Assembly (NCBI GenBank): GCA_965662235.1
Contig: CBFIGY010000004.1
Span: 28,363-92,362, forward strand
Length of the DNA: 64,000 nucleotides
Reading direction: 5' to 3'
DNA from: an uncultured bacterium
Lineage (GTDB): Bacteria > SAR324 > NAC60-12
Part shown: positions 28,633-38,886 of the stretch, one piece after another
Numbering within the stretch: position 1 is the stretch's first letter
How the letters are laid out: each line of letters opens with the position of its first letter
Program-made: the position numbers and the translations under genes
The notes under the pieces: model-generated
Seen by the model: only the letters and a program-made list of their open reading frames with translations
What the model was told of the DNA's origin: nothing
The model's database searches: none

Positions 28633-29930
28633 AGAAGCCCCTGCACCCTCAATACGGATTTGAGACCCTGGCGATTCACGCCGGCACACCTCCGGAACCC
28701 ACCACGGGCGCTCGTTCCTTCCCGATTTACCAGACCACTTCCTACGTTTTTGAAGACGCAGACCATGCAGCGTCCCTCTTCAATCTACAGTCTCCGGGGT
28801 TCATTTACTCGCGCCTGACGAATCCGACGGTTGCTGCGCTGGAAGAACGTCTGGCGACTCTGGAAGGCGGTCGAGGCGCCACCTGTACGGCTTCCGGACA
28901 CTCGGCAGAGGTCTTGGCACTGTTTGCCCTCATGTCACCAGGCATGGAGGTGATTGTGGCCAACAAGCTCTACGGGGGCAGCATCAACCTGATGGGGAAG
29001 AGCTTTCAGAAGTTCGACTGGCGGGCCATTTTTGTGGAAGCCACAGACCCTGATGCTTTCCGCCGAGCCGTGACCGACCGGACCCGGGCCATTTTCATTG
29101 AAAGCCTGGCGAATCCCGGGGGCGTGGTGATGGACCTAGAGGCGATTGCACGAGTGGCTGAAGAAGCCGGGGTCCCGCTGATTGTTGACAACACCATGGC
29201 GACTCCTGCGCTCTGCCGTCCCTTTGAATGGGGGGCGGACCTGGTCACGCACTCCACCACCAAGTTCCTCTCCGGACAGGGCAACGCCGTGGGCGGTGTG
29301 GTGGTTGACGCCGGAACCTTCCCTTGGCTGAACAACCCCAAATTCCCCAGCCTGAGCACCCCGGCTTCAGAGTACAACGGCATCACCTTCGCCGAGACGT
29401 TCGGGAACGATCTCGCCTTTACCCTCTACAGCCACGCGGTCAGCCTCCGGGACCTGGGGGCAACGCTGTCTCCGTTCCATGCGTGGCTCACGCTGAATGG
29501 CATTGAAACCCTCTCCCTCCGTATGGAGCGGCACTGCGAAAATGCGCAGAAGGTGGCTGAGTTTTTAGAAACGCACCCTGCCGTGTCGTGGGTCTCGTAT
29601 GCCGGGCTGCCCCAAAACGCCTTCCATGCGCTGGCGCAGACCTACCTTCCTCAAGGAGCGGGTTCTGTGTTTACCTTCGGACTCAAAGGAGGCTTCGAGG
29701 CGGGGGTTCGCTTGGTGGAATCGGTCGAGCTGCTCAGCCATGTGGCCAACATTGGAGACACCCGCTCCCTCATCATCCACCCGGCCTCCACCACGCATCG
29801 GCAGCTGACCGACGAGCAGAGAGACGCTGCTGGCGCTGGCGCCGAAGTGATCCGCCTGTCGGTGGGGCTGGAGAAGGTGGACGACATCATCAGTGACCTG
29901 GACCAGGCCCTGCAACACACTCTTTCTTAA
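28629..29930 (+). CDS. metY: O-acetylhomoserine aminocarboxypropyltransferase
   Basis: PIYQTTSYVF, IYSRLTNPT, PLP-lysine HSTTKF, HVANIGDTRSLIIHPASTTH; ATG overlaps upstream stop. Confidence 0.95.
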   Translation: MKKPLHPQYGFETLAIHAGTPPEPTTGARSFPIYQTTSYVFEDADHAASLFNLQSPGFIYSRLTNPTVAALEERLATLEGGRGATCTASGHSAEVLALFALMSPGMEVIVANKLYGGSINLMGKSFQKFDWRAIFVEATDPDAFRRAVTDRTRAIFIESLANPGGVVMDLEAIARVAEEAGVPLIVDNTMATPALCRPFEWGADLVTHSTTKFLSGQGNAVGGVVVDAGTFPWLNNPKFPSLSTPASEYNGITFAETFGNDLAFTLYSHAVSLRDLGATLSPFHAWLTLNGIETLSLRMERHCENAQKVAEFLETHPAVSWVSYAGLPQNAFHALAQTYLPQGAGSVFTFGLKGGFEAGVRLVESVELLSHVANIGDTRSLIIHPASTTHRQLTDEQRDAAGAGAEVIRLSVGLEKVDDIISDLDQALQHTLS

Positions 29931-29942
29931 AGGCCTTGTACC

Positions 29943-30305
29943 ATGGCAAAAATCCTCCTCATTGAAGACCATCCGGAGTTCCGTGAAACCATTGCTGAAA
30001 TGCTGGAGCTGTATGGGCACCAGGTGACTTCGGCTCAGGATGGACGGGAGGGGATGGCCCTCTTTTCAAAATCCTCCTTCGACCTCATCATCACAGACCT
30101 GATCATGCCGCAGCAAGACGGCATCAGCGTCATTGTCGGCATCCGCCAAAAAAGCCAGCAGGTGAAGATCATTGCCATCTCGGGAGGAGGGAACATCAAC
30201 GGGGTGGATTACCTGAAGATGACCCAGGACCTGGGGGTGGATGCGACTCTGGAGAAGCCCTTTCAGAGTCAGCACCTGCTGGACACCGTTCAACGCCTGA
30301 TCTGA
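29943..30305 (+). CDS. Single-domain response regulator
   Basis: IEDH, TDLIMP, AISGG, KPF. Confidence 0.94.
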   Translation: MAKILLIEDHPEFRETIAEMLELYGHQVTSAQDGREGMALFSKSSFDLIITDLIMPQQDGISVIVGIRQKSQQVKIIAISGGGNINGVDYLKMTQDLGVDATLEKPFQSQHLLDTVQRLI

Positions 30306-30312
30306 CCCCGAC

Positions 30313-31302
30313 GTGCGCACAGTGGTTCGGTACGGGGGACTCCTAGGAGGGCTGTTTGGGGGCGTTCTGCTCTACAACCGCCTGACCGGACACGCGATGG
30401 GCCCCCTCCTGGGGGTGTTTGTCGACGTGGTCACCCCGGTCTTCCTGCTGGTCCTCACCGGTTACTTGGCCGGCCCGCGTCTTCAGTTAGAAGCCCGGAC
30501 CCTGTCGCGGGTGGCGTATTTTCTCTTTGTCCCCTCCTTTGTCTTCAACATCATCAGCACGTCCCCCGTGGAAACCGGGACCCTGCTCCGGATGGTTGGC
30601 GCTGCGTTGGGCATCCAGGCGGGGGTGACGCTGCTGGCGTGGCTGACCGGAAAGGCCCTGCGGCGTAGTCCCGAAATGACCGCAGCCTTCATGATGGTCG
30701 CGGTGTTCGGCAACGTGGGAAACTTTGGCCTGTCCCTGATCGAGTTTCGGTTTGGGCTTGCCTCGCGCCTGCCCGCGACCGTGTTTTTTCTCGCGATCAT
30801 GATCTCCTCCTTTATCATTTGCGTCAGTGTGGCAAACTGGGGGCGTCAAGGCGGAATGAAGGCGACGTTGGAGGTGTTCAAGACGCCGGCTCTGCTGGCT
30901 CTGATCCCGGCGCTGGCGTTCACCCTCACGGACACGCCGGTTCCGATTTTTGCTGAGCGGATGACGGGGCTGCTGGCACAGGCGATGGTGCCGGTTATGC
31001 TGGTGACCCTAGGGGTGCAGCTCTCGGAGGTCCGGGACATTACCATCGACTTTGACGTGTGGGTGGCCACGGCGCTGCGTCTGCTGGGCGGTCCGTTGGT
31101 GGCCTTCCTGGTGGTTCCGTTTTTTGGGCTGGTGGATCTGGAACGAGCCACCGGAATCCTGCAGGCGGCAATGCCGGCAGCGGTATTGGTTTCCATCATT
31201 GCTCTTGAGTACCAACTCATTCCGAGCTTTGTGACCACGACCGTTTTGTTCTCGACACTCTTCAGCATCATCACGCTGACCGTTCTGCTGACGATTGTCT
31301 AA
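30313..31302 (+). CDS. AEC-family (auxin efflux carrier-like) transporter
   Basis: About 10 TM; FGNVGNFG, PVMLVTLG, AMPAA. Confidence 0.9.
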   Translation: MRTVVRYGGLLGGLFGGVLLYNRLTGHAMGPLLGVFVDVVTPVFLLVLTGYLAGPRLQLEARTLSRVAYFLFVPSFVFNIISTSPVETGTLLRMVGAALGIQAGVTLLAWLTGKALRRSPEMTAAFMMVAVFGNVGNFGLSLIEFRFGLASRLPATVFFLAIMISSFIICVSVANWGRQGGMKATLEVFKTPALLALIPALAFTLTDTPVPIFAERMTGLLAQAMVPVMLVTLGVQLSEVRDITIDFDVWVATALRLLGGPLVAFLVVPFFGLVDLERATGILQAAMPAAVLVSIIALEYQLIPSFVTTTVLFSTLFSIITLTVLLTIV

Positions 31303-31364
31303 TCCCTGAAGCTGGACCCTCTGCCTTCGGGAGTTTGTCAGGTTTGAATTCTCCAGTTGCGCTT

Positions 31365-31456
31365 TTTTCGTCATGAATTTAATTAAATCCTAACATTCAT
31401 TAAATCATTTATTTAATGGCATTTTTTTAATTCAGAATCATTTATTTTGAGGAAAT
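31365..31456 (+). promoter_or_regulatory. AT-rich promoter region with two palindromes upstream of the MCP gene
   Basis: ATTTAATTAAAT (31377-31388) and CATTAAAT-N5-ATTTAATG (31398-31418); RBS GAGG before ATG 31457. Confidence 0.55.
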
Positions 31457-33049
31457 ATGACTGTCCGGACAAAGCTGTACTTAACCTCTGCGTTTACGCT
31501 GCTTTGCTTTCTGATCCTCGGGTGGGTGGGGTACTTCTTTACCAAGGGGGTTGCTGATGTTTCAGAGCGTCTGGTGGAAGACCATGCGGCCCCGGTCTTT
31601 GAGGTCGAGCGGATTCAGCAGCAGGCGCAACGGACGCTGTTGCTGCTCATTACCCATGTGGGCGCGCAGGACCCGGACCAAATGGAGAAACTGGAACAGC
31701 AGGCGGTGCAGGAGCAGGCCTCGGTGCTGCAGGCCATTCAGGAGCATGAGCAGCGGTATCAACTGGAAGGGCAAGGGACAGACGCCTGGATGGCCTTTCA
31801 GGAGATTGCGCGACAGTCGTTGGACCTCAGCAACGAGTATGCGAAAGAAGAGGCGTATGCCCTTTTGATGGGAAGTGGTCGGGAGCGTTACGACGCAACG
31901 CTGGGGCACTTCAGTGAAGCCCTGAAGCATCACCGGAGTGAGATCAATCGGCTCCGGGTTCAGGCGGAAGACATTCGAGAACAGTCGGTGACCATCCTGC
32001 TGGTGCTGGTGGTGGGGCTGGGACTGCTGATCATTCTGGCGGCCTGGATCTCCACGCGGAGCATCATGCAGGAGCTGGGGAAGCTGACGCAGGAGTTGGG
32101 GTTTGCGGTGGAGGAACTGGTCCGGGTGGCTCACAACCTTGAGTCCAACGCCCAAGCACTTTCAGCAGGGGCAACGTCGCAGGCGTCCAGTTTGGAGCAA
32201 ACGACCTCAACGATCACGGAGTTGGCCTCTCAGACCCGTCAGAATGCAGAGAGCTCGCAGAACGCGCTCCAAGCGACTCAGGAGATGGCCTCTTTCATCT
32301 CTCAATCCAGCGAACGTTCCCGTGAAGTGGCCAAGATCACCAAGGACGCCTCGACCGCGGCTGAGCGCGGGGTAGACGTCGTTGGGGCGCTGCTTCAGGC
32401 GATGCGGTCGATCCATGAAAGCGGGATCCGCATTTCCTCCATCATCGACACCATCAATGAGATCACCCACCAGACCAAGATGCTGGCAACCAATGCGGCC
32501 ATTGAAGCCGCCCGTGCCGGAGAGCAGGGCAAGGGGTTTGCCGTGGTTGCTGATGAGGTCTCCAAGCTGGCGGAAAATTCCAAGAATGCAGCCAAGGAAA
32601 TTGGCGCTTTGATCAAGGAAACTGCAGAAAAGGCGGACTCCGGAAACGACATTGCGGTCAATGGCGAAGCCGTCCTCCGGGACATGCTTCAGGAAGTGTC
32701 GTCTGCCGCTCAACTGATGGAAGAGGTGGCGCGCTTTGCTGATGAACAAACGCAACGTGCCGACAACATTCAGCGTCTGGTCAGTGGCATCAGTGCGGCC
32801 TCAGGAGAACAAGACGAAGGAATCCGCCAAGTGGGCACCAGCCTGACCACCATTGAGCAAACCACTCAACAGAATGCGACTCAGTCAGAAGAGGTAACCG
32901 GATTTGCCTCTGACCTGTCCCTGCAGGCGTCACGCATCCGTGAATTGATCACGGATACGTCGTCGGTGTTGGGATTTAAAAACCGGTCTGCTTCCCCAGA
33001 TCGGTCTCCTCTGCCTCCCCTCAGAAAGCTGTTGGGAACATCTTCTTAA
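31457..33049 (+). CDS. Methyl-accepting chemotaxis protein (four-helix-bundle-type sensor)
   Basis: Two TMs; signalling tip [30 protein letters not shown]. Confidence 0.96.
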   Translation: MTVRTKLYLTSAFTLLCFLILGWVGYFFTKGVADVSERLVEDHAAPVFEVERIQQQAQRTLLLLITHVGAQDPDQMEKLEQQAVQEQASVLQAIQEHEQRYQLEGQGTDAWMAFQEIARQSLDLSNEYAKEEAYALLMGSGRERYDATLGHFSEALKHHRSEINRLRVQAEDIREQSVTILLVLVVGLGLLIILAAWISTRSIMQELGKLTQELGFAVEELVRVAHNLESNAQALSAGATSQASSLEQTTSTITELASQTRQNAESSQNALQATQEMASFISQSSERSREVAKITKDASTAAERGVDVVGALLQAMRSIHESGIRISSIIDTINEITHQTKMLATNAAIEAARAGEQGKGFAVVADEVSKLAENSKNAAKEIGALIKETAEKADSGNDIAVNGEAVLRDMLQEVSSAAQLMEEVARFADEQTQRADNIQRLVSGISAASGEQDEGIRQVGTSLTTIEQTTQQNATQSEEVTGFASDLSLQASRIRELITDTSSVLGFKNRSASPDRSPLPPLRKLLGTSS

Positions 33050-33103
33050 AAACCGGAAGTGGCCTGCCACTTCGCTCGCATCCTTAATGAGAGAGAACAC
33101 ACC

Positions 33104-33691
33104 ATGAAACGAATCGCTTTGTTGCTCCTGTCCCTTGGCCTGGTGGCTGGCTTCAGCCTCACGGCACTGGCCGCTGGTCCTGAAATCACACCGGAGGTTC
33201 GACAGCAGCTGGAGCAGGAAACTGCCGTCCTGAAACAGTGGGCTGCGGAGCCAGCCTTCATTAATGCGGTCAAAACGCAAAACGCAGAAGGCCTGTCTTT
33301 GGATGAAATCAAGCGCCGTGATGCCGCCTGGCGTCAAGCGACAGGGGCCAAGAAGGAAAATGACCTCATCAAGGCATGCCTTAACCACCCTGTTGGTGAG
33401 TGGTTGAGTGAAAAAAACAAAGAAGGCCGAGGACGGTACCCGGAGGCTTTTCTGACAGATAATCAGGGCGCCAATGTGGCCATGAGTAAAGCCACTTCTG
33501 ACTATTGGCAGGGAGATGAGGAAAAATGGACGGAATCCTTTGCAGATGGTTCGGGAAATGTATACTATGGCCAGCCGGAATTAGATGAAAGCTCGCGAGC
33601 CATGCTCGTTCAGGTTTCAGTTCCCGTCATGGACGCGGGGCAAGCCATCGGCGTGTTGGTCGTTGGAATCCGTTTTAGTTCCCTGAAGTAA
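33104..33691 (+). CDS. Stand-alone periplasmic PDC/Cache-like sensor domain protein
   Basis: Signal peptide MKRIALLL..ALA; EAFLTDNQGANVA..TSDYWQGDEEKW; C-terminal VSVPV..IGVLVVG. Confidence 0.8.
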   Translation: MKRIALLLLSLGLVAGFSLTALAAGPEITPEVRQQLEQETAVLKQWAAEPAFINAVKTQNAEGLSLDEIKRRDAAWRQATGAKKENDLIKACLNHPVGEWLSEKNKEGRGRYPEAFLTDNQGANVAMSKATSDYWQGDEEKWTESFADGSGNVYYGQPELDESSRAMLVQVSVPVMDAGQAIGVLVVGIRFSSLK

Positions 33692-33812
33692 TCACGATTT
33701 TCGGCCTCGGGAAGGAGGTCGAAACGCCCTCCTCCTGGGCTGGAGCATGGTACTGGGAGGGGGCTTTCCCATTCCCCATGGAGGCACTTCCCGCTCCTCA
33801 TCGATCCCGGCG

Positions 33813-34775
33813 ATGTACGAATCCCTTCTCAGTAGTATCAACAGTTACGTTCTCATTATTGCCGGCTTGATGGCCCTCTACTACGGGGCTGAGTGGATGG
33901 TTGGCGCCAGTTGCTCGCTTGCGGTACGGATGGGCATTCCCCCAGTCATGGTGGGACTGACCATTGTGGCAGCCGGAACCAGCATGCCGGAAGCCGTTGT
34001 GAGCGTGCAGGCTTCAATGGCTGATAAAGGTCCTCTGGCCCTCGGCAACGTGCTCGGGTCCAACATCCTCAACATTGCCCTGGTCCTCGGCATTGCCGCG
34101 ATCATGCAGCCCCTTAAGGTACAGAAACGGCTGGTCAAGGCAGACATTCCTTCCATGATCCTGCTCTCGGTGCTGGCCTTCGTGTTTTTTGAGGATCAGG
34201 TCTTCTCGCAGCGAGAGTCCATGTTCCTCCTCTTCTGCATGGTCTCCTACATCGTTGGAAACATTGTTGCTGCACGGCAGCAGGGAGAAGAGGTCGCCTC
34301 GGAAGGAGATGAGGAAATTGAGGTGGGAAAGAGCGCCGAACGCGATGTGCTGGCCCTCCTCATCGGCATGATCCTGCTGGGGTTTGGCTCCGACTGGCTG
34401 GTCAACGGTTCCGTGAACGTCGCTCAGTCTCTGGGCGTGAGTGAGGCGGTGATTGGACTGACGGTGGTTTCCATCGGGACCAGCTCTCCGGAACTGGCAA
34501 CGTCCATTGCGGCAGCCCTGCGCAAGCAGACGGACTTGGCGGTAGGAAATGCCGTGGGCTCCAACATTGCGAACCTGTGCTTTGTGATTGGAACCGCTGG
34601 CACCGTGGCGCCGCTCTCCGGAGTCGGCATCAATCTGATCGACTTCATCTTCATGATGGCGCTGGCCTTTGTCATGCTGCCCACCGCGTGGACCGGCTAT
34701 GAGCTGTCCCGACAAGAGGGGGTGTTCTTTGTCGGGACGTATCTCATTTACCTTGTGCTCATCTGGCCTCTTTAG
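33813..34775 (+). CDS. Calcium/sodium antiporter (YrbG/CaCA family)
   Basis: Duplicated alpha repeats GTSMPE..GNVLGSN and GTSSPE..GNAVGSN. Confidence 0.95.
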   Translation: MYESLLSSINSYVLIIAGLMALYYGAEWMVGASCSLAVRMGIPPVMVGLTIVAAGTSMPEAVVSVQASMADKGPLALGNVLGSNILNIALVLGIAAIMQPLKVQKRLVKADIPSMILLSVLAFVFFEDQVFSQRESMFLLFCMVSYIVGNIVAARQQGEEVASEGDEEIEVGKSAERDVLALLIGMILLGFGSDWLVNGSVNVAQSLGVSEAVIGLTVVSIGTSSPELATSIAAALRKQTDLAVGNAVGSNIANLCFVIGTAGTVAPLSGVGINLIDFIFMMALAFVMLPTAWTGYELSRQEGVFFVGTYLIYLVLIWPL

Positions 34776-34781
34776 CCAGGC

Positions 34782-35516
34782 TTAGGCCGCGACCTTCAGG
34801 TTCTGTCCCTGGAACCACTGGTCGAGTTCATCGGCGCCGCCAATGTGCTGGCCGTTGATGAACACCTGGGGGGTGCTCTGGCGTCCGGAAACGGCCTTGA
34901 GCATTCCCGGAGTCGCTGGCACCTCTGCGTAGCTCATGCCGCGAGCCGTCAACTGTTCCTTGGCGCGCTTGCAGTGTCCGCAGTTGGCGCGGGTGAAGAG
35001 GATCACGTCTTCCGGAGCCTGCTGTCCCAAGTACTCGAGCATCGTGTCTGCGTCCGAGACCTCAAAGGGGTCGCCAGGCTTGTCTGGCTCCACGAAGAGC
35101 TTCTCCACCACTCCATCCTTGACCAGCATCGAGTAGCGCCAGCTCCGCGCTCCAAAGCCCAGGTCTTCCTTATCCACAAGCAATCCCATCCCTCGGGTGA
35201 AGTCGGCGTTGCCGTCCGGGACAAAGGTGACCCGGTCCGCCTTCTGCTCGGCCTGCCAGGCGTCCATCACAAAGGCATCGTTGACGGAGACGCAGAGCAC
35301 GTCGTCGATTCCAGCTTGCTCAAACGTGGGCACCAACTGGTTGTAGCGCGGCACATGCGAGCCGGAGCAGGTTGGGGTGAAGGCCCCTGGTAAACTGAAG
35401 ACCACCACGGTCTTGCCGGCAAACAGGTCCTGGGTGCTGACGTCCTTCCAGGTTCCATTCTCACGGAAGCGGAAGTTGACTTCGGGAACACGCTGTCCTT
35501 CTTTGATCGGATTCAT
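34782..35516 (-). CDS. Hybrid peroxiredoxin (Prx5)-glutaredoxin
   Basis: PGAFTPTCS, SVNDAFVM, RSWRY, then Grx CGHC and TPQVFINGQHIGG. Confidence 0.95.
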   Translation of the reverse strand: MNPIKEGQRVPEVNFRFRENGTWKDVSTQDLFAGKTVVVFSLPGAFTPTCSGSHVPRYNQLVPTFEQAGIDDVLCVSVNDAFVMDAWQAEQKADRVTFVPDGNADFTRGMGLLVDKEDLGFGARSWRYSMLVKDGVVEKLFVEPDKPGDPFEVSDADTMLEYLGQQAPEDVILFTRANCGHCKRAKEQLTARGMSYAEVPATPGMLKAVSGRQSTPQVFINGQHIGGADELDQWFQGQNLKVAA

Positions 35517-35599
35517 TTCTCATCTCCAAAAATTGAGTTTAAGCAACATGGCTCAATCACCATGGATCCTAGTCTAGAGAGAGTGGATTGATTCGTCCA

Positions 35600-35636
35600 A
35601 TCGTTTAATTTTATGATTTTGATAGGATTTGCCGAT
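35600..35636. promoter_or_regulatory. Putative OxyR binding site upstream of Prx5-Grx
   Basis: ATCG-N7-TTAT-N7-ATAG-N7-CGAT; 13/16 match and exact spacing to ATAG-N7-CTAT-N7-ATAG-N7-CTAT. Confidence 0.7.
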
Positions 35637-35703
35637 GATTCAGGGGCAGGGGGACTGTGGAGGGGCAAGGGCTCCTCAGGGGAGTCAGGAGCCCGGACGG
35701 AGG

Positions 35704-37209
35704 TTACATGACGGCGCCAATTTGCCAAGGCAGGAACTCGTAGTCGCCAAACCCGAACTGCTCACTCTTGGTGGGCTTTCCGGAGGCGGTTTCGAGGATG
35801 AGGCGGAAGATGCGCTCGCCCATCTGTTCCAGAGGAACCCCGTCGAGCACCTCACCGCAGTTGAGGTCCATGTCCTCGAACATGCGTTCAAACATGGGGG
35901 TGTTGGTGGCCAGTTTCAGGCTGGGTGCTGGCTTGCAGCCGTAAACCGAGCCACGTCCGGTGGTGAAGCAGACCACGTTGCAGCCGGAAGCCACCTGTCC
36001 GGTGATGGAGACGGGGTCGTAGCCGGGCGAGTCCATGAAGATGAACCCGCGGGTCCGGAGGCGTTCCGCGTAGAGCGCCACATCTGCTAGGTCAGACCGT
36101 CCTCCCTTGGCCACCGCGCCGAGGGATTTTTCTAAGATGGTGGTCAGGCCACCGGCCTTGTTGCCCGGAGAGGGGTTGTTGTCCATCTCACCCCCGTGGC
36201 GAGCGGTGTAGTCTTCCCACCAGTGGATCCGTTCAATGAGCTTACGTCCCACCGCCTCGCTGGCCGCCCGGCGGGTGAGCAGGTGCTCAGCGCCATAAAT
36301 TTCCGGTGTCTCACTCAGCACCGTGGTACCGCCATGCTGGACCAGCAGGTCGGATGCAGCACCCAGTGCGGGGTTGGCCGTGATCCCAGAATAGGCGTCT
36401 GAGCCGCCGCACTGCAGCGCCAGGGTCAGGTGGCTGGCCGGAAGCGTTTGGCGCTGGCACTGGTTGGCCTCGTGGAGCATCTCCCGGACCAACGCTACCC
36501 CGGCTTCTACAGTTTTGCGGGTGCCTCCGCTCTCCTGAATGACCAGCGTCCGGAGGCGGGCGCCGGTTTCCAGCCCTTCTTCTTTGAGAAAGTCTGGGAT
36601 CTGGTTGACCTCGCAGCCCAGCCCAACGACCAGCGCGCCAGCAACATTCGGATGCGTCGCGTAGCCAGAGAGCACCCGCCGCAGCAAGGCAAGTCCCTCC
36701 CCCTTGATGTTCTGACCGCACCCGGTGCCATGAGTGAACGCCACCACGCCATCGACGTTGGGGAACTCGGCCCGGACGGCATCGTCAGTAAACTGTCCGG
36801 CAATCGCCTTGGCCACGGTTGCCGAGCAGTTGACCGAGGTCAGAACCGCGATGTAGTTTCGGGTCCCAGCACGGCCGTCACTCCGGAGGAAGCCCTCAAA
36901 GGTAGCGGGTGTGGCAACCAGAGACGTGCCTTGAGCCTCGGCACCAAAAGCGTAGTCCCGGGAGAAGCTCTGGACGTCACAGTTGTGAGTATGGACGTGT
37001 GTCCCGGGAGCAATGGGAACCCGTGCGAAGCCAATGATCTGAGCGTACTTGCGGATGGACGTGCCCGGCTCCAAAGCCGTCAGGGCCAGCTTGTGACCTG
37101 CCGGAATGGGCTCTTGCAGCAGCACGCCCTTGACGGTGGCTCCTGCCGGGAGGTCGTCCAAGGCCAGAGCAACGTTGTCCTGGTCATCTAGGATGAGGAA
37201 GGCAGACAC
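35704..37209 (-). CDS. UxaA/GarD-family sugar-acid dehydratase with SAF domain
   Basis: DNVALA, GHKLA, HTHN, GTRNY, CGGSD, NNPSPGNKAGGLTTILEKSLG, FTTGRG; GTG 37209 chosen as start. Confidence 0.92.
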   Translation of the reverse strand: MSAFLILDDQDNVALALDDLPAGATVKGVLLQEPIPAGHKLALTALEPGTSIRKYAQIIGFARVPIAPGTHVHTHNCDVQSFSRDYAFGAEAQGTSLVATPATFEGFLRSDGRAGTRNYIAVLTSVNCSATVAKAIAGQFTDDAVRAEFPNVDGVVAFTHGTGCGQNIKGEGLALLRRVLSGYATHPNVAGALVVGLGCEVNQIPDFLKEEGLETGARLRTLVIQESGGTRKTVEAGVALVREMLHEANQCQRQTLPASHLTLALQCGGSDAYSGITANPALGAASDLLVQHGGTTVLSETPEIYGAEHLLTRRAASEAVGRKLIERIHWWEDYTARHGGEMDNNPSPGNKAGGLTTILEKSLGAVAKGGRSDLADVALYAERLRTRGFIFMDSPGYDPVSITGQVASGCNVVCFTTGRGSVYGCKPAPSLKLATNTPMFERMFEDMDLNCGEVLDGVPLEQMGERIFRLILETASGKPTKSEQFGFGDYEFLPWQIGAVM

Positions 37210-37456
37210 GGGGCATCTCCAGGTGAAGGGATCAGAAAGAGTCCACGCTTCCGGAAGGGACCGTGAGGTCACAAGCAGGACCCTTGAGGCGCCGGACGCG
37301 GATGTTGATTTGAGCGGCACTTTCCTCCAAGCTGGCGGAGGCGCCAAGCCTTTTGAAACACGGAGAAATTGGCTTCTGCAAACTACCAAAATATCTCCCG
37401 GAGTCAAGCATTCCGCCTGGCCTCGGACCGCCCATGAGTTCCTCAACGGACGCCCC

Positions 37457-38392
37457 ATGACTCTTTCTCCCCGACACTCACGGCTGGCTCCCACCCCCAG
37501 CGGCTACCTGCACTGGGGAAACGCCTTCAGCTTCTGGCGGACCTGGTGCCGGGTACGGACTTCTGGGGGAACGCTGCGGCTCCGGATTGACGACCTAGAC
37601 GCGGCCCGCTGCCATCCCGTGTACCTGGAAGCATTGTTTGCGGACCTTGAGTGGCTGGAACTGGACTGGGAAGCTGGGCCTCAGGGTCCGGAGGCGCACC
37701 GTCAGCGCTTTTCGCAATCGCTTCGGCTGGAACAGTACCACAGCCTCCTCCGGACGCTTCAGGAGCAGGGGTGGCTCTATGCCTGTGACTGCTCCCGCCA
37801 GCAGATCAGGAAGTGGCGTCAGGCGCATCCGGAGGCTCTGCAGGAGTATCCGGGCACCTGCCGAGCGCGTGGGTTGGCGCTGACGTCGGAATCGGTGGCG
37901 TGGCGCGTCCGGATGCCGGAAACAGGCGAGGTGCGGGTCAAGACGGCAGCGGGAATCCTTCAGGTGCCCGGGTCCGTAACCGGAGACTTTGTGGTGCGAA
38001 GACGCGACGGGTTGCCAGCCTATCAGGTGGCATCGCTGGCGGATGACGAGGCGGATGGGATCAACTGGATTGTCCGGGGGCAGGACCTGTATGAATCGAC
38101 GCTGCGTCAGCTGTGGCTTGCTGCAGGCGTCCGGGCGACCGCTTTCCAGGAAGTGACCTTTGAGCACCACGGGCTGGTCCGGGATGCCTCTGGGGAAAAG
38201 CTTTCCAAGTCAGCAGGAGCGCCTTCGCTGCGGGCCTGGCGGGCGTCGGGTCGGTCGGTGCAGGAGCTGCGTCGTCGGTTTGCCGTCTGGTCTGGGCTTC
38301 CGGAAGAAGCCGGCGCTTCTGCAGAAGCCCTGCTGCAGGCCTGGAAGGAAGACGAAGTCAGCACCGCCGGTTCCCAAGACGCGGCCGGTTAA
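37457..38392 (+). CDS. gluQ: Glutamyl-Q tRNA(Asp) synthetase-like
   Basis: RLAPTPSGYLHWGN, LRIDDLD, CDCSR..YPGTC, GDFVVRRRDG..AYQ, KLSKS; no anticodon-binding domain. Confidence 0.85.
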   Translation: MTLSPRHSRLAPTPSGYLHWGNAFSFWRTWCRVRTSGGTLRLRIDDLDAARCHPVYLEALFADLEWLELDWEAGPQGPEAHRQRFSQSLRLEQYHSLLRTLQEQGWLYACDCSRQQIRKWRQAHPEALQEYPGTCRARGLALTSESVAWRVRMPETGEVRVKTAAGILQVPGSVTGDFVVRRRDGLPAYQVASLADDEADGINWIVRGQDLYESTLRQLWLAAGVRATAFQEVTFEHHGLVRDASGEKLSKSAGAPSLRAWRASGRSVQELRRRFAVWSGLPEEAGASAEALLQAWKEDEVSTAGSQDAAG

Positions 38393-38398
38393 GGGCGT

Positions 38399-38866
38399 TC
38401 AGGAGCTGGTGTCGGGGGAGGCTTCCGGAGACGGCTTCAGTTCAATGGACGCGCCACAGCGGGCGCAGCGAAGGTGGTTGAGACGACGTTGGGCGGGACG
38501 TCGGTGGCGTGGCACTGAGAAGCAGCCTCGCACGCATCGTAAGGTCCAGGGCGCGGGCGCAAACTCATAGGAGTGCGTCCGTTCTGCGCGACAGCCAATG
38601 GCCTGAGCCGTGGCCTTCCAGCGGGCGTTGTGTCCCTGTCCTGGACCAACCAGGGCATGAGCGATTTCGTGCAGCAGGGTTTCCCGGATTTCTGCTTCTT
38701 CCAGGGTTTGGGCAAAGGCTCTGGAAAGGGTGATGCGCTGGCGGTGGTAGTGACAGGCTCCTGCGCGGCGGACGGCCCGGTCAAAGGCAAACCGCCACCC
38801 TTGTTCCCAGAGCCCGTGTGTGTGCAGCAAGTCGTGTGCGAGGGCCTGAACCGCAGCTTCTTCCAT
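38399..38866 (-). CDS. SprT-like zinc metalloprotease
   Basis: RRAGAC, LLHEIAH, HNARW, C-terminal Zn ribbon. Confidence 0.9.
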   Translation of the reverse strand: MEEAAVQALAHDLLHTHGLWEQGWRFAFDRAVRRAGACHYHRQRITLSRAFAQTLEEAEIRETLLHEIAHALVGPGQGHNARWKATAQAIGCRAERTHSYEFAPAPWTLRCVRGCFSVPRHRRPAQRRLNHLRCARCGASIELKPSPEASPDTSS

Positions 38867-38886
38867 GAACCGTCTCGCTGCCGGAG

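Noticed and set aside
37106..37494. Apparent 389-bp head-to-head overlap of the UxaA-family and gluQ ORFs
   Set aside because: Artefact of longest-ORF starts; family motifs begin at 37209 (-) and 37457 (+)
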